A stretch of 61,359 nt of DNA, counting the filler, from Asterionella formosa (taxonomy: Eukaryota): NCBI GenBank assembly GCA_002256025.1. It is 6 parts of 6 records of this genome, joined end to end, with 100 filler letters (N's around TTAATTAATTAA, not from the genome) between each part and the next. Parts side by side here need not be neighbours in the genome. Positions count along the whole stretch, not along the records: positions 20,533 to 30,686 come from NKIB01009823.1; positions 30,787 to 40,926 come from NKIB01009835.1; 4 more parts are not named here. The stretch is one strand, 5' to 3'. A program made the position numbers and the translations under genes. Shown piece by piece: positions 23,591-36,645 of the stretch (position 1 is the first letter of the stretch; each line of letters begins with the position of its first letter). Below the pieces are notes generated by a model. It worked only from the letters and a program-made list of their open reading frames with translations, ran no database searches and was not told where the DNA came from.

Positions 23591-24772
23591 ATGCCTCGAA
23601 TCGTCGCTTCTTTTTGCGTGACCTTACTTGCCCTTCGCACAGGATTTGGATTCAACGTGAAACCTTGCCATGAAGTAACCTGCACCACTCTTCAGTTCTC
23701 CAGCTCTCCAGTTGACGAGCTATCCAGTGAACGCAAAGCGGTGGTTTTCCAAGCACTCCTTCGAGATCTCCAAATCGAAGGCGCTCCTCTCTTGGATTGC
23801 GATGCCGATCAAGTGCATACATTGCAAGCCGCCATGTGGACAACAATGGCGGAACTTTATGACCAGCCTGATCAGGGCAAGGCCTGTTTAGTGCTAGAAA
23901 ACATTCCTATGGGAGCGCTGCAAATGTGGGTCGATGACTTTCTGATTTTGAAAACGCAATTAGATCAATTGCAATTTCTTCCCGAGCTTCAGCGCATGTC
24001 GGTCAGTCTGGTCGGCAAAGGGGTTGGGCCAGCTATTTTGTTGGAAGTTTCGAAAGGTGACTCGTCTAGCACATCTATGGGATATAATGAATATGCATGC
24101 AGTGCTGCCATGAAAGTTTTTGTGGACCGTATCGTTGTTGGTAATGGTGATTCAAATTCCATTGGACTTGGAGACGAAGGTTCGGCAGCCCCGATTGAAT
24201 ATAGATTCGGAGCTTCTTCAAATGCATTTGCTACCTTGGCTACCTTTTGGAATTGCGTTTGCGAAATGCTCTCATCGGAGAAGGCGGGAACTATTTGCCT
24301 CCAAATACCAGAATATTCCTCAAACTTGGAACGATTCTATGCAGTTACTGCGTTGATGGGACGAACCCTGTGTTTGTATCAAGGAGATTCGGTCTTGTCA
24401 TTAGTCCATTTCCATCCTCAGTATGACCGCTCAGTAGTGACTCCTCTGGACAAGCCCGCTTTCGGTCATTTGCCACCCATGTCATGGATGAAACCCATGC
24501 TCAAAGCTTTTGGGCTTATAAACCAATTCGACCAGGAAAAGCTGTCACTTGGCAACTACCAACGAAAATCTCCAATAGCCGCAGTCAACATTGTGCGTAA
24601 CTCGCTGCTATCTGATCCATCCATTGTTGAGATCGAATTGAACAACGGTGTAAAGACACAGGCAAGTGGTTTGGAGGTGTACTGCGTGAATGCAGTCAAG
24701 TTGGCGACGATAGGAAAAGACTATTTACAGAATGCTCACGACGAGGAAGTGCTGATTTCGACTGGATTGTAA
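23591..24772 (+). CDS. Uncharacterised protein, predicted plastid presequence, DUF1415-like C-terminal motifs
   Basis: 393 aa ORF with signal-like leader ...LRTGFGFNVKP. LVHFHPQYD and NYQRKSP..AVNIVR resemble the DUF1415 FHP/RSP motifs. Confidence 0.65.
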   Translation: MPRIVASFCVTLLALRTGFGFNVKPCHEVTCTTLQFSSSPVDELSSERKAVVFQALLRDLQIEGAPLLDCDADQVHTLQAAMWTTMAELYDQPDQGKACLVLENIPMGALQMWVDDFLILKTQLDQLQFLPELQRMSVSLVGKGVGPAILLEVSKGDSSSTSMGYNEYACSAAMKVFVDRIVVGNGDSNSIGLGDEGSAAPIEYRFGASSNAFATLATFWNCVCEMLSSEKAGTICLQIPEYSSNLERFYAVTALMGRTLCLYQGDSVLSLVHFHPQYDRSVVTPLDKPAFGHLPPMSWMKPMLKAFGLINQFDQEKLSLGNYQRKSPIAAVNIVRNSLLSDPSIVEIELNNGVKTQASGLEVYCVNAVKLATIGKDYLQNAHDEEVLISTGL

Positions 24773-24896
24773 GCATCACACTCGCGTGTCCCACCTACTA
24801 AATTATTAGTGTATATATGCTATAGTTTAGGTCTACAAATACTATTGGTGTTGCTGGCTTTGGATAAAATATCAAGTTAACAATTTGAAGGTGATT

Positions 24897-26673
24897 TCAC
24901 TTGTAAACAAGTTCCGTAACCCCACTTCGGCAAATCAGGGAAGACACAGGGATTCCTCGTCGAACAGCTTGGTTTGACAAAACATCGGCATCCGGATACA
25001 ACATGGAGTAGGGGATTTTGGGTGGAGAAATCGGCTTCATTTTGGAGCTCTTCAAATCCTTTAGATATCGATTCCAAATCACAGGTGAAGATGGCTCTCT
25101 TCCCATGTTTTCCTCCACCAGAAAGGGAGTCCAATCATTGCATTCTATCCGCTTGACAGGGTTTTCCAGGCAAAACGGTCCGAGGTGCTGGTCTTTCATG
25201 CGACGATTGAGAGCTAAAAGAGAGGCCCAGCCACGCAACGAACCCGTGTCGAGCTTGTAACTGCATTGTCCCCATTCGATTTCTCGATATGCTTGTGTAA
25301 ACAAATCTACTTGCAAGAAAACTCCCACAGAAGTAGGAAACTGTCTGGCGCGTTTAGCAATATGCCGCCTCTGGACTTGATTCGAGAAGACCACAACAAT
25401 AAGCGCGACTCTTCCGCTTGGTTCGACTGAAATTAGTCGATAGTAAAAGTCCGGATACTTAAGGTCGTTATAGTGAAAAACATCTTTGCGCATCGAGCGA
25501 ATCTCATCCAACAAGGCGTCAACGTGCAAATATGCTTCCATGGCAACGTGAACACTCGGTGCTACAATTGGGTCACTCGGTTCCCAACTTGAGTCAATGA
25601 CCCGAGTAACAATGTCGTCTCTGGTCGATTGTTTTGGCATTGTGCTATCGGAAAGTAGTTTCAAATTCTTTTCTGTCTGACAATTGCTCACAATCCACGA
25701 GAGTCGAAAGCCGTCGTCTTCGTCATGAAGAAAAAGATAGCCTGCCTGATCGGTCGTGTGAGTTGCAATACTGCTGGTGTTTGAATGCTGCCTGTGAACC
25801 GGGATGCACTTCGTTTTCCAAAGTCTATTACGTATTGTGAAATCATCATGGCCTCCAATCCTTACATTGGGGCAAATCAGCGATGATAGCATCGGAATAG
25901 AGGCATCCGGCGCAGTAGAGGACGGAAATTCAAAGAGCACCAGATTGCCGAGGTCGCCATCGTCCTGCCGAAACGAGATTACAAAGGTTTAGGTAGTATT
26001 TAATGGTTTACAAATGATGTCTACCTATTTAGTTTCTGTAATTTGGACGCACCTGTGTTTCATACCGGTTTTTCGCATCATGAATGATGGCAACACCAAT
26101 CTTCCAGTCGCTAGATGTTACTATTTGTACTGATACGTTTGCCACCCGCGCGACTTGATGAAAACCATCCTGTTTCGGCACTCGTAGACACACAGTCTGC
26201 AAGAGAGGCGCAATACAGGTTAATCGCCGCATTCGTCGTCGCTCTAGTTTATCTCGGCTAGGGACGCCATAGAATTTTAGCGCTAGACCACAATCCGTGT
26301 CAGCCAGAGCAACGGCATACTGCCCTTCAGAATCCAAACCAAGGACTGCCTCTGAACTTGAAGTCTCGAGGCTAGAGAAGGGAACCGCGAGCTTAAACCG
26401 AGGATGGTGGTTGAGTTGGGAACGATTCAAACGGATTCCAGTTCCTTCGCGTTGCTGCAAGAGAATGTGAATTGGAACAGGCCGTAGAGGTTCTGCCAAA
26501 GTCTCCGAATGGCGATTTCGCTGGTGATGAGCAAACTCCAAGGTTTCCGTGTGTCCCTCTGAACATCCTTCCATATATGGCGATTCCTTCGACTCGTTGT
26601 GGTGGAAGAAGCTACGCTGATGTCGGATTCTCTTGCTGTTTTGTCCTCGAGCAGAAGTTAATGTTTGAATCAT
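24897..26673 (-). CDS. Two-exon ~562 aa protein, possibly DCAF15-like; exons 26673-26053 and 25964-24897
   Basis: CAG|GTGCGT donor and CAG acceptor define an 88-bp phase-0 intron joining the two long ORFs. The family call is weak and rests on terminal motifs. Confidence 0.7.
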
Positions 26674-27341
26674 GATTCAAAAGTTACACTGGACCGAAAT
26701 ATTGGCTGCTTGCGCTTTCGATAAGGTGCAGAGGGGATTCGTATCGAGCTGGTATGGACAGCGATGAAGGTAGGTATTTTGTGAGGGAATCGATTAATTA
26801 AGCATTGCAACAGGGCTTGAGATTGTGTGATAATCTGAAGCTATTTGAATCGTCATATAAGTCCTTACTGGCATTCAATAGTTCTGGTATTACCCGTACA
26901 TACTCCCATTACTTTTATTATTCTCCAGCCCCGTTGTCATCATCGTGTCTCGGTACTAAAATAGTGACCTGGTACTGGTACCTGGTTGGAACTGGGTCAG
27001 GTGTACTGCTTTATGTACCGGTATATACCTCGTCTCATTTGCTTGTCGTACAGTACTAGATACGGGTACCTGGTAGTGCATCCCGGTAGTAATTGTTTAA
27101 AAATATTGTTGATGAGATTCAAGGCAGAAGGAGCAGCTGCTTTGATTATGCGGTCTGATGCAAGTGATAATGCCATCCATTGTGATAAAATAAGAAAAGT
27201 ACGCACATTGCTTCAACGATCAACTAGCACGATACCAGGGGTACCAGGTACGCCAGGTACTTGGTCCTGGTACCTGTACTGTCGTACGGAGAATCAATCT
27301 ACAGTAGATACAGTACCGGTAGAGGAAAAGTCGAATCACAT

Positions 27342-27396
27342 CCTGCTGCCCTGCTGCCCTGCTGCCCTGCTGCCCTGCTGCCCTGCTGCCCTGCTG
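27342..27396. repeat. (CCTGCTGC)n 8-bp microsatellite, ~7 copies
   Basis: Directly visible perfect tandem array. Confidence 0.95.
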
Positions 27397-28508
27397 AATG
27401 GCTGATGTTCGGATTCGCTGATTCTTGGTCGTATTTTTTTGTCGTGACGGGACGTGTATCATAGCGTGGCTGCTTGAACTTGCTTTGCTTTCTAATTTCT
27501 TCTACGGTACTGAAGCAAATCTTCATATGTATGGTCATCCAGCTGGCACAGGTGTTCGCACTTGTTCCTGGTCCAAGTGCTCCCTACATAAGTGTGTAGC
27601 AATTCTGAATTAAATCTGTTGTCATGAATTTTCGGATGCTCACGTTGCAATGCTGTTCAGTGGTTCGCATTTTATCGAGTACATACAGTATTCCTTTGGA
27701 TTATTAGTATATACCACTGGTAACAGTATTTGTTATGTATTCATGAGCGATGACATCTTTGTTTTGTTGTGCATACGATTTTCAAATTGAGAAATGACGT
27801 GCTGATGTCGCATGTCAAAGTCGTCTGCAAAAGTAAGTTTTACCATTTGTATGAAAAGGGGCCGATAAAGGTATTCATGATTAAAGTCCTCCAGCAAGTT
27901 GCAGCACCTGGTAGTTTTGCTATTTGCATTTACATATTGTGATTCCAGCTCCATATTTGTACTCTTTGTTTCACTTTGATATTCATTTTATCCAACATCC
28001 TGGCTGGCTTGTTGTTCTGATTTACAGTTGCCATTAATCTGATTTGGCTAAAAGTAGTGGGAAAAAATGTTTTGTTTATTGTGTCATTTCATTCCATGAT
28101 AGTTTTGCTGCAAGTATGACTGCTTTGCTTGAAACACATAAATTATCTGCTATTAGAAATTGAGATCTATGTAGTTCACCTACTCTACTTGTCTACTCAC
28201 CACCTGAGAATATTGAGTACAAGGATAGAGTACCTGGTATGTGTTGGTCCCAATTTAATATCGTTAGTACAAAGCTTATATTGCATAGTTGAGTTGCAGT
28301 TGATCACAGAAACATCATGTAGTTCACTCAAGCTGCATGTAGAGAAAGTGTCAACAGTTCATTTGATGAGAGGATACTCAATGCTGGGAACACAAATAAG
28401 CAATCCCTATATAAGTGAAGGTTCCCCATTACCTAATTGTTAAATGCTCCACCTCCTGAATGCTACAGTAAGACTGGTACAATGTTTGCTGTTCAATGTA
28501 AAAACACA

Positions 28509-30066
28509 CTACAATGGCTGAACATACTTGACAAACTTGGCCACAAAGAATCCCATGACATCCAATTGCAGATCTGATGGATCAAATCTCTGTATCCGCT
28601 GGCACTGCTCATCAGTTAAGCCCCGCCCCGAAAGCCCAGGTCTTCCAATCTTCAAGTCGATAGGAACTAATCTCATGATGGGATACTCACGCAATATATA
28701 TGACACAATGTCTTCATTTTCAAGTGCATTGACAGTGCAAGTACTATATGTCATGTACCCTCCAGGTTTTAGGAGTGCTACTGCTTCGCTGATAAAATAT
28801 TGCTGATGGGTTGAGTATTTGTTCAAATCGCCAACAACATCAATCTTGAGTTTGGGACGCAATCCCAAGGCACTACATGGTGGATCGAGAAGGATGCGAT
28901 CAAAGGAATCGGGATAAAAGGCTTTTATATTGAGGAGGCCATCTTTTTCTGAAGGGATTGCATTGATGAGTAGCTGGGGTACAAGGGTCAGTTAGATTTT
29001 CAAGTAGAAGAATACTGTGAATTCCTTCTCAACCTGTACATACCTCCTTGACACTCTTACTAGGACTCCCATCCCTCACAACACAATGTGAAGAATCTAA
29101 TGCCAGAGGCGTGATACATGTTGCCCCAAAATTGCCGAACAAGGCTCGACACGATATCATTTTCTTGCGAGACTTGTCACAAGCGACAATGGTGGCATTG
29201 TTTCCCACCAAGCTTGCCAAATGCGACGTCTTACCTCCAGGCGCGGCACACATATCCAAAATCAGATCACCTTGCTGCGGCGACAAAACATGAGCCACAA
29301 GGACTGAAGGAATGTTTTGCAGCATCATCTTACTCGACAATACTCCATGGAGGGGAGGAAGGATTGGCCCCACTCGATGCAAGGCCGACATGGACACACC
29401 TAATCCACTTGTCTGTCGGAACATATCCGTCCGCGTACAGGCAGCAGTGCCTAATCCCAAAAAGACACAGCTCCCAGTTGTGAACTTCTCCAAGGCCTGC
29501 CCTCGCGTCATTGCCCCCTCGATGGCGGCATAGACGGCCACCTCTTCCCCAACCTTAATTCCAGTGTCAGCACTCATGATTCCCTTGCAGTAAATATCAG
29601 CCCCTCGCAGAACAGCTTCTCCACAAAACCGATCGCAAAGGACAAGGCGGTGGGTGCCGGGCCAGCCATTGGCAAGTCGAGCCGACTTGCTTGGATTGAT
29701 CAGCGTAGAAATGTATTCGGAAGCTTCCAAAGGTCCATTGCGGTGGCACAAAGAGGCTGTCGTCTCCCTTATATCGATACATACGACATCATGAAGGAGC
29801 TCATGACGAGTAATAAGGACATGGTCGCTTTCCAGCCCCTGACTCATGGCCCACTCTGCCAGAAGCAGGGTGAGTTCCTGTATTACAAGCTCTACATCGG
29901 TAAGAATAAGATTGACGCGACATACGGTTGTGGCTGGAGGGATCTTCATGCGTTCGAGTGTTGCCTGAAGCGTCGAGGCGCCACATTGCGAGGCAAGCTC
30001 GGATTTAACCGCATGCGAAAGGGTCACGTTCCAATCTTGGAGGGAGTAGATGGATGGGCGCGACAT
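28509..30066 (-). CDS. NSUN6: NOL1/NOP2/Sun RNA m5C methyltransferase with PUA domain (NSUN6-like); intron 29043-28974
   Basis: CGEAVLRGADIY (PUA), LDMCAAPGGKT, FDRILLDPPCSALG and YSTCT. The 70-bp GTATGT..CAG intron is in phase 0. Confidence 0.88.
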
Positions 30067-30540
30067 GTGGTATGGGCAATCGACCTAAACATGAACGGAA
30101 GCACTTGACTCAAGACCACAGCTCGTTGCCATCAACAAAGCAAATCATGATGTGGTCGGCTGTTGTTCGGCAACATTGTCCTGCATCCTTACCACCATCC
30201 ATGTGAATTATTATATCAAATTCATGTTCATCATCATCATCCGGCTCTGAATATAGGAGCCATTATTCTAGACATGATCCCTTATTCTTGTCATAATCGG
30301 CTCCTGCATAGTACTTTTACTACGTGCAAGTTGCGGTCAGTTGGCTTAAATAAATAATTTCATATAGGATAATAATAGCTAAACTTTTAGTTTCAGCACA
30401 ATTACCGCAACTTGCTGCCTGAGTATCCCCCCCCACCACATGTACCGATACTCCAGTTAGCTACCGGTTTATAAAACCCCGGAGTACCATAAAGGCATAA
30501 AGGTATCATCAAAGAATTGTCAATATAGCTACCGGCACTA

Positions 30541-30663
30541 CCGTATACTTCATTGTCCTGGACCCCCCCTATGGTTGCTGGACCCCCCTGTACATTTTTC
30601 TCGAGGTGGAACCAAACACCCAATAATTTTCTTGTCATAGACAAAGTAACGTGCTATAATTCT
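30541..30663 (+). mobile_element. Terminus of a TA-flanked DNA transposon/MITE, same family as 51-172
   Basis: TA|CCGTATACTTCATTGTCCTGGACCCCCC..., an inverted copy of 51-172. Confidence 0.65.
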
Positions 30664-31037
30664 TTTTGTCCTCGTAGGCACTAGTANNNNNNNNNNNNNN
30701 NNNNNNNNNNNNNNNNNNNNNNNNNNNNNNTTAATTAATTAANNNNNNNNNNNNNNNNNNNNNNNNNNNNNNNNNNNNNNNNNNNNGTACCTGGTACCAG
30801 CTACCGGTACATTGTTATCCGGCAGCCGTGCTTTTTGGCTGCCGCTTGTTTTCCCATGGCTGATTTTAGCTACCGGTATGCACATGTACTGTATGTACAC
30901 TGTACATCATACATACAAGCAAATGGATCAGAAACCGGTAGTCTACATACGTATACGTTTGAAAGGAACCGGTAATTGAGTTTGAACACCTAAAATGGAA
31001 CGGGGTGTATTTTTGATTTTATCCATTGATTCCGAGA

Positions 31038-32674
31038 ATGAAGTCCTTCGTTCTTGCATGCTGGTTGGCCATGCTGGCCGCGAGCAACGCGTTGCAAACA
31101 GTTTCGCCTACTTCAACGAAAGTGCGACCCAATGCGTCGCCTCTCTTCATGGCTAGCATGGCAGAGTACGCGCCTCCCTTGAAGCAATACCCTCCTCGTC
31201 GGGTATGTTTAATGGTCGAGCCAACTCCTTTCACGCATGTGTCTGGCTACGCCAACAGATTCCAGGAAATGCTCAAATTCCTCAGCAAGGCAGGCGACAA
31301 AGTTGATATCTTGACTGTTGACAGTAAGACGCAACCAATCGACCTTCCTTCCAAAATCTTCAATTTCAAGATTCAGCACACGCAAGGTTTTACCTTTCCA
31401 CTCTACAATCAGATCTCGTTGTCGTTCGATCTTCCTGAAATGAAGGGGTCCACTATGATACAGAAGAATACTCCGGATCTGATTCATGTTACGTCTCCGT
31501 AAGTAATTGATGATGTTACGATTGATCCGAAAGCTCGCTCTCACTCACACAATGTTCTTCGAAATCACAGTGGAGTTATGGTGTTTGCTGCTATTCTGTA
31601 TTCTCGAATGTTCAAGATCCCTCTTGGTACGTGGAACGTCAATTGCTAGGATGTTCCGTTTGGCCCGGCACACTACCTGCATCTCCTATTTGTACTAACT
31701 TGAGCGCCAACCTAATTTCACAATCAACAGTCATGTCCTACCACACACACTTGCCCGTGTATGGCAAAAACTACCTTGGTTTCATTCCCGGTGTGGAAGA
31801 ATTTTCCTGGGGTCTGTTGCGATATGCGCACTCACGGGCTGATCTTACCCTCGTGACATCGCCGCAAATGAAGCAAGAACTAGAAGAGAATGGAGTCCAA
31901 CGAGTGGCTGTTTGGCGCAAGGGCATTGACACGGAACGCTTTCATCCATCCTTTCGGTCTGGGGAGATGAGAAGCAGAATGACGGACGGAAATCCAGATG
32001 ATTTTCTCATGGTCTACGTTGGAAGACTTGGTGCCGAGAAGCGATTGAAAGATATCAAGGGTGTTCTTGAGAAAATGCCGAACGCTAGATTGTGCATTGT
32101 TGGCGCGGGACCTCAAAGGCAGGAGCTGGAGGAGTGGTTCCAAGGCACCAAGACTGTCTTTATGGGGCAAATTCAGGGAAATGATCTCTCCAGCGCATTT
32201 GCCTCTGCCGACGTGTTTTGCATGCCTTCGGATAGTGAAACTTTGGGCTTTGTCGTCCTGGAGAGTATGGCCAGCGGAGTGCCTGTTGTGGGAGCCAATG
32301 CCGGAGGCATTCCCGATATCATTGATGACGGGCGCACGTCCTTTTTGGTGCCACCCGGTGATATTGACGCTTTTGTAGCTCGCATGCAGCAGCTAGAGAA
32401 TAAGGAATTCAGGGAGGCAATCGGTAACGAAGCACGTGCAGAAGCAGAACGCTGGGGTTGGGAAAGTGCGACGAGTGTCTTGAGAAACGTCCAATACGAA
32501 AAGGCCATTGTCAACTTTCATTCTCGAGCCTTTGGGGGGTTTGGTCGTCAACGCACTCGAGGCATTCTGCGTCTATTTCGATTGCAGTTTGCGTGGTTGG
32601 TAACTATGCTGAAGAAAACTCTCAAGGGAGTTGCTTCGGACTTGCTACCCAGCAAAGAGTGGTATTTCCAGTAA
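31038..32674 (+). CDS. SQD2: Sulfoquinovosyltransferase (SQDG synthase, GT4), plastid-targeted; introns 31499-31570 and 31627-31730
   Basis: VEPTPFTHVSGYANRF, PDLIHVTSPG, SYHTHLP, YVGRLGAEK and MPSDSETLGFVVLESMASG. Both introns are GT-AG and frame-consistent. Confidence 0.93.
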
Positions 32675-33501
32675 ATCCGACGAACGAGACGGGAACTTCG
32701 ACCCAAGAGTTGAATTATCGATTCATGTAATATCAATATTGAAATGTGTGCACAAAAAGTTTGAGATCGGAAGGAGACAGCGACAACAGTGAGCTCGATA
32801 CAAGCAATAGCAGCTAAATTAAAGGCAGCAGATTATTCAGATCTTTGGTTACTGGTAAACTATAGACTATCGGTAATGTTTTGTTTTATATTTTTGATNN
32901 NNNNNNNNNNNNNNNNNNNNNNNNNNNNNNNNNNNNNNNNNNNNNNNNNNNNNNNNNNNNNNNNNNNNNNNNNNNNNNNNNNNNNNNNNNNNNNNNNNNN
33001 NNNNNNNNNNNNNNNNNNNNNNNNNNNNNNNNNNNNNNNNNNNNNNNNNNNNNNNNNNNNNNNNNNNNNNNNNNNNNNNNNNNNNNNNNNNNNNNNNNNN
33101 NNNNNNNNNNNNNNNNNNNNNNNNNNNNNNNNNNNNNNNNNNNNNNNNNNNNNNNNNNNNNNNNNNNNNNNNNNNNNNNNNNNNNNNNNNNNNNNNNNNN
33201 NNNNNNNNNNNNNNNNNNNNNNNNNNNNNNNNNNNNNNNNNNNNNNNNNNNNNNNNNNNNNNNNNNNNNNNNNNNNNNNNNNNNNNNNNNNNNNNNNNNN
33301 NNNNNNNNNNNNNNNNNNNNNNGATCATTCCGGAACACTTGCTCTTGCTTTCCCTCACGACAATCGATGTATTTGAACTTATAATCCCTTGAACCCCAAG
33401 TCAAAGGTTACCCCCAAAGCCGTGAGCTACCCTCTCAATCAACAGACTGATAGTCGCGAGGGTGGTTCTTCCCCAACTCGATCTGTCAGCTTCCATTTCC
33501 A

Positions 33502-35363
33502 ATGTCGACTTCGGTGCAGTCTCACTCTGCTTCTGATGGGTCCCTCTCAAATTGGGCCGCCGAAGGCCTTCGTCGCGTCCAGCATGTTCGGGTGGTTCGC
33601 AAAATGGCATTCCTTACAGGCATGTCCGCCATTGGGGGGTTCTTGTTCGGCTATGACACTGGTGTCATTAGCGGCGCCATGTTGAGTCTGCGACGAGATT
33701 TTCACCTGTCGAATCAGCAGGAAGAAATTGTGGTGAGTTCCACAGTTCTCGCTGCATTTTGTGCGTCGTTGTTGGGCGGACCATTGAATGGAAGGTTCGG
33801 AAGGCGCAAAAGCATCTTGCTGGCTGCCAGCACATTTACCAGTGGCAGTTTGGTCCTTGCAACGGCATTCAACTATCACGCTCTTGTGGCGGGACGAATA
33901 ATTATTGGGATCGGCATTGGAATTGCGTCTCTAACGACACCCATGTACATTGCTGAAATGGCGTTGCCAGAAATACGAGGAGAGTTGGTAACAGTCAATG
34001 CGCTTCTGTGTACAATCGGCCAGTTCACAGCTGGCATGGTGGACGGAGTTTTCGATTCTCACCGTCAAGGATGGAGGTGGATGTTGGGATTAGCAGGGTT
34101 ACCATCAATCATTATGTTTATTGGCTTTTGGATTCTACCAGAGTCGCCGAGGTGGTTGGTTGGGAAGGGGCGCAACGATGAGGCACTCACGATTTTGACG
34201 AGTCTTCGAGATACGCCGCAGCTGGCCAAAGAAGAACTGAATGGAATAACCGAGTCTGCATCTTTGGAATCATTAACGCGTCAAGACGATGGAGTTATAC
34301 TAAAAGTATATTATATGCTCACAGATCGTGGCTGCCGACGAGCACTCACATTAGGCTGTGGATTGATGTGGATTCAACAATTGTCTGGCATCAATACTGT
34401 TATGTATTATGCTGGTAGTATCTATGGTAAGTCAATCAGGACATATTGTAGGTGATATGCATGGAAGCATACCGTACTGTAACAAAGAAAATGCGTTTTC
34501 CAGAGATGACGGGCTTTGACGAAATCGACTCAGTTTGGCTCAGCGGATACACAGCGTTGGCCCAAGTTTTCGGAATTGCTCTCAGTATTTATCTAGTGGA
34601 TCGTGTCGGGCGGCGCACACTTGTATTAACTTCCCTTTTCATGGTGACTATATCATTAGTAGGCCTTGGAATGAGCTTCTATTTAGCTCGGACTTCGTCT
34701 TCTCGGGTAACTTATGCGTCGCCAACATGTGGAACTCAGCCGGCAACTATCTGGAATGGAGTGACAAAGTATTGCTATGATTGTGTCAACATTGATGGTT
34801 GTGGATTTTGTGCAAATGGTGCTTGCGTGCGAGGAAACGACAATGGTCCCTTCAGCAAGAATGCATGTGCTCCCAACACAGAGTGGACCTTTGGGGCTTG
34901 CCCAAACTTGTTTGGTTGGCTATCTGTGATTTGTATGGTACTTTACCTATTTTCTTTTGGAATTGGGATGGGAGGTATGCCGTGGACTATCAACTCAGAA
35001 ATTTATCCTCTTGAGCATCGATCTCTGGCTGTTAGTTGCAGTACTGCCACAAACTGGGTTGGAAATTTGATCGTGAGTGCAACCTTTTTATCAATTAGCA
35101 GCCCATCTGCTTTGACGGCTTACGGGGCTTTTTGGTTGTACGGATGCGTCGCATGTTTGGGAGCTGTATGGCTATACTTTTCGCTTCCGGAAACCAAAGG
35201 GTTGTCGCTCGAGGAAGTTGAACGACTATTCCGTGGTCGAGTTGACGGATACTCCAGCCTGGAGGAAATGATTGATCAGCACATTCAATCTGATAATGAT
35301 GTCAATAGCGAGGATGAAAACTGTCATGAATTGTTTGATGATGATTTGGTCGAGACGAGATAG
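33502..35363 (+). CDS. MFS sugar-porter, H+/myo-inositol cotransporter (HMIT/INT-like); intron 34427-34503
   Basis: [40 protein letters not shown], Cys-rich loop CYDC...[14 protein letters not shown] and PETKG. Confidence 0.9.
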
Positions 35364-36219
35364 CTCAGTAATTTGGCTCTGAGGGAGATTTGATTCAAGG
35401 AGTTGAACATTATAATATTGCAAATCACTAAATCACATCAAATTACATCCAATTGTTATGATGTCGTGAACCATGCTGGAGAATAGGAGATGATGTGATC
35501 CTTTATGAGGAATCAAGGAGAAACAGTACTTAATCTGCCTAGATGTGTCAATGGGTGCAGAATAAGCCCTACTCTGTTAAAAGCTTGCTTTGTTCTGAAC
35601 TATTGGTTTTTCTAATTTCTATTTCTTGCTATGCATATGGTTTCACTAGGAGTTCGCATTTGGGTTAAGATTTTTCAGCCCTCCTATTAGTGTTGTTATA
35701 TTCTCACTATTACGAGCAAATATACCCATGCTCCCTAAAGAACCACTCTCTACCTGCCTTGCAAAAGGAGGACTGTAATTTGTAATTTTTTTTCTTATTG
35801 AGTCTTTCTCTGGTTGATCCCTGTGTTTAGGAGTCGAATCAATAGGGTTCTGGTTCTTGGATTGCATGGGATAGCTGATAGGATGGATTACCAAGGAAAT
35901 TTGTAACCCTTTAAAGCCAGAAAAAAGACAGTGTGACTTCCGTTGAGTGTGCTACATCGCTCGACCGCCTTTTGGGTACCAGTGCTGCACATGTGTGCCC
36001 GACAAAAGAGGTATTCATGGATTTCAGCACAAGTGTCTCACAATTGGCGCCTGGGATTTGGCTATGTCGTTAATGTAAAGAGTAAGTGAATGCATCCCAG
36101 TGCATCCTTAGCGTAACTATAAACATTTGAAAAATAAAAATCCAAAAGTAGGAAAAACTCAAGACATGAAATGATGATATATGTGTTCACCACATGAGCA
36201 ACTTTCAGTCAAATACAAC

Positions 36220-36645
36220 TGCCAGCCCAGGGTTTGTATAGATCAAACTGTGTTCATGAACTGGATTGATCAAGTTTGGAAGCCCTGGATTCTGGGAAGA
36301 CAACAAGGAGTGCCCACTTACCTGCTAACGGACAATTTTTCATCATAAAGAAAGCAAATGTGTAGATGTGGTTACTAAATCTGGTGGAACCAAGGTTCAT
36401 CAGATCACCCCAGGTTTCATATCACAACTTCAGGTCCTAGCTAGATGTGCAAGCAAACAAGATGTTAAAGAGTATTTTCAGGATGTGACAAGCAAGCTAC
36501 ATCATGGAAGGATATTATGGGTTCAAAATGTAGGAGAGAAAATTGTTAACAATAGGAATACTGTTGAGCAGGTGGTGGATTCAGGAAGGGAAAAAGTGAC
36601 TGTGGCATCAAAAAACAAGGCATGAGAACGAAACATTGGATATGA
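36220..36645 (+). pseudogene. pogo/Tigger-type DDE_1 transposase remnant
   Basis: QPRVCIDQTVFMNWIDQVWKPW...YLLTDNFSS* then ITPGFISQLQVL match the pogo pattern W(M)D..W...LD..H..IPGG.TS.LQ.LD, with stops and frameshifts. Confidence 0.7.

Noticed and set aside
51..30663. 30-kb element bounded by inverted repeats 51-172 and 30541-30663
   Set aside because: The termini face outward and lie on different scaffolds.
32789..33404. ORFs through N runs (also 48039-48740 and 52408-53406)
   Set aside because: Artefacts of translating gaps.
31038..35363. Functional cluster of SQD2 with the inositol transporter
   Set aside because: Adjacent eukaryotic genes separated by a gap, with no evidence of a shared pathway.
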